A DNA stretch of 63,260 nucleotides, counting the filler, from Octopus bimaculoides (lineage: Eukaryota): the NCBI RefSeq assembly GCF_001194135.2. It is 5 parts of 4 records of this genome, joined end to end, with 100 filler letters (N's around TTAATTAATTAA, not from the genome) between each part and the next. Parts side by side here need not be neighbours in the genome. Positions count along the whole stretch, not along the records: positions 58,756 to 63,260 come from NC_068988.1; 4 more parts are not named here. The stretch is one strand, 5' to 3'. Made by a program: the position numbers and the translations under genes. Below, one piece after another: positions 60,865 through 63,260 of the stretch. The notes under the pieces were generated by a model. The model saw only the letters and a list, made by a program, of their open reading frames with translations. It ran no database searches and was not told the origin of the DNA. The first letter of the stretch is position 1. Each line of letters starts with the position of its first letter.

Positions 60865-61735
60865 GTCTTCTCAAGACAATAAAGTGTAATCGAGAGAGAG
60901 ACTGGTGCTAGTGTTATTCAGCCCCAAAGAACCCTATTCAAACAAATCTTTGACGAAAGATAGGCAAGTTAATATCATTCTTAATTTTTTTTTAAAGAAG
61001 CTAAAACCCACATTTGATGTTTTATTCTCATTATCAAGACGGCGAGATAAGATTTAAAGAGAAAATGCGATGCTTTTTCCCAGCAAAACGATCGAAGGCA
61101 TACAGTCCCTTTCGTTGGCTTCTGTAAGAATGTAAAATTTGGAAGTATCACGAAGCTAACGTTAGAAATTCTCAGAATTATAAATAATAGGTCAGAGAGC
61201 TCTAGCTAAAAAAATCATGTGGTAGGTTGGTAGAAAAGGATTACGGTTTGTGATTTGTAATACACGGCTATATTTGCTTGTTTATAGTAAACTTATTGAA
61301 GTCTTCTGATGTATCGTAGAAATATAGAGTCTTAAGTTGGTCTTTGGCATTTCTTAGTTCTTAGAATGTCATTAGCGATGGTGGTGTAAGTTCATGGTGC
61401 CTGGTGTCTGTTGATGTCCCTGGTTTTATTGTAAAGTGTAGGAAGTGGTAATTTTGGTGTTGGTGTTGATGGCGGTATTGGTTAATGCGCGGTAGGGAGG
61501 TTGGGGTAGACGTGGTATTGTTATTGTTAGTTGAGGAGTTGAAGGTTAAGAGGATTTCAGTATTATCAGATTTTGTGTAAAGTATTTTACGTCCATTAGA
61601 AGTAAATGTTGGTCACCACACGGTATTATGTTGTTACCATTTACCGTCATATATATATATTCCTTATACACAAACAGACACAAACACACACACACATATA
61701 AGGTATATAACTATATATTCATATATATGTGATAT

Positions 61736-61766
<31 letters not shown>

Positions 61767-61921
61767 CACACATAGACATACACACAAATATAGTGTTTAC
61801 ATAATACGTTTTACATATATATATAATGTAAGTATAAAAACCTATACTAAATATGTATTTGAATAAACATAACGTGTATATATGTGTGTGTGTATGTGTA
61901 TATATATATATATATATACAT

Positions 61922-61952
<31 letters not shown>

Positions 61953-61959
61953 CATACGC

Positions 61960-61993
<34 letters not shown>

Positions 61994-62115
61994 GCTTTTC
62001 TTTTTGTGTACGTATTATGCTTTGTTGTTCGATTTAGTATATACAACCACTTAGAGTCAAAGTACGAAATGGCAAAACAATGATAAAATCAAGTAATATT
62101 GAGAAAATGAATGAA

Positions 62116-62146
<31 letters not shown>

Positions 62147-62986
62147 ATGACTCGATATATAAATAATAACAAGTATAATGGTGGATTTTTTTTTTTACGG
62201 ACGCATGACACATCACCAGTATATAAAAGTGTAAAGAGGACTCTGAAGCACTACTGTTGAAAATTTTATACACCCATGAAAACTGAAGTAAATTAAATGA
62301 CATCGTTATAATCTTAGAAGTGGTTAAGATCCAATTTAATAATCATTATATCGGTCCCTTGCATCGGATTGGTTTTTTTTTTCTTTTTATCGGGCGGTCG
62401 GGAATAAACTGATCGTAGTTGCGTTTGGGATTTTAGCATTTGTCCATTTCACTAGAGTTAACAGTAAATTAAACCGCGATAACTATATTGGTTAAGCATT
62501 CAAACAATAAGCTCTCGCCATATTGCGCTTCACCGACCGTGCCCTCAGTACATCGCGGATTTTTCTAGCTAATACATGTAAATTTATATCGCGGACTCAG
62601 TATATCGTGGGATTCTGCGACCGATAGGTATTTATATTTAAAATAATTTTAATTATATCTGTGGTAAAATAAGCATTTTCATGCCTGAAAATTAATAAAT
62701 CAATAAATACCGCACTTCACACATTAATTAAGATATATTAAAAGAAAATACGTAGTGTACCGTAGATGAGTAAACAAAGAATCGCGTGTACTGTATGGAA
62801 AACGATACTCGAGAAACTAATGATGCAAAGTTGAAAGAAATAACGCTAAGCATTTTGTCCGACGATTATGCCTGTTGTTCAGCACCCTCTGACTAATATT
62901 GTATTAGTACAAGGCCTTTGTTACAGCACCACGAGTGTGGTATTGTTTTGCATTTATAATAAAATAGATATATACAAATAATAATA

Positions 62987-63044
<58 letters not shown>

Positions 63045-63045
<1 letters not shown>

Positions 63046-63260
63046 GCCAACCATATAAATATTTAGGAGTCAATAAACTAGATAGGATATAACATACACA
63101 AATGAAAGAAAAAATAAAGAAAGAGTACTATAGACGAGTTAGATCAATACTAAAAACAGAGCTCAATTCTAAAAACAAGATAATGGGTATCAACACTTTA
63201 GCTGTCCCAGTTATAAGCTACAGCTACAACATCCTTAACTGGACACTAAACGAACTATCT
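63045..63260 (+). mobile_element. R4/Dong-type RT fragment starting directly after (AAT)n; runs off the window
   Basis: YKYLGV..MKEKIKKEYYRRVRSILKTELNSKNKIMGINTLAVPVISYSY. Confidence 0.9.

Overview
AT-rich, microsatellite-dense animal genomic DNA with many N gaps. The repeat content points to an octopus/coleoid cephalopod draft assembly (inference, from memory of these repeat families). The one well-supported host gene is a complete 5-exon IkappaB (NFKBIA/cactus-like) on the minus strand (CDS 15310->10848, 356 aa). It has a lysine pair plus a non-canonical DSAYCS degron, six ankyrin repeats and an acidic PEST tail, with GT-AG junctions that keep frame. Around it are a TATA/Inr core promoter with an adjacent kappaB site, intronic kappaB sites, a 3'UTR AU-rich element and a poly(A) signal. 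The rest is mostly mobile-element debris: four tRNA-derived SINE families; RTE, CR1/L2 and R4/Dong-type LINE fragments; Penelope-like RT and GIY-YIG fragments; hAT and Tc1 transposase fossils; and piggyBac-type MITEs. The most unusual observation is hammerhead-ribozyme-like motifs in three unrelated repeat families. One lies downstream of a Penelope endonuclease, one pair sits in a ~200-bp inverted repeat, and one family carries an apparent C3:G8 -> G3:C8 compensatory core swap. All R4/Dong fragments of one group abut (TAA)n tracts. Weak candidate exons of a possible secreted/SEA-mucin gene or pseudogene lie at 41-61 kb. No databases or folding tools were used; family names are from recalled motifs.
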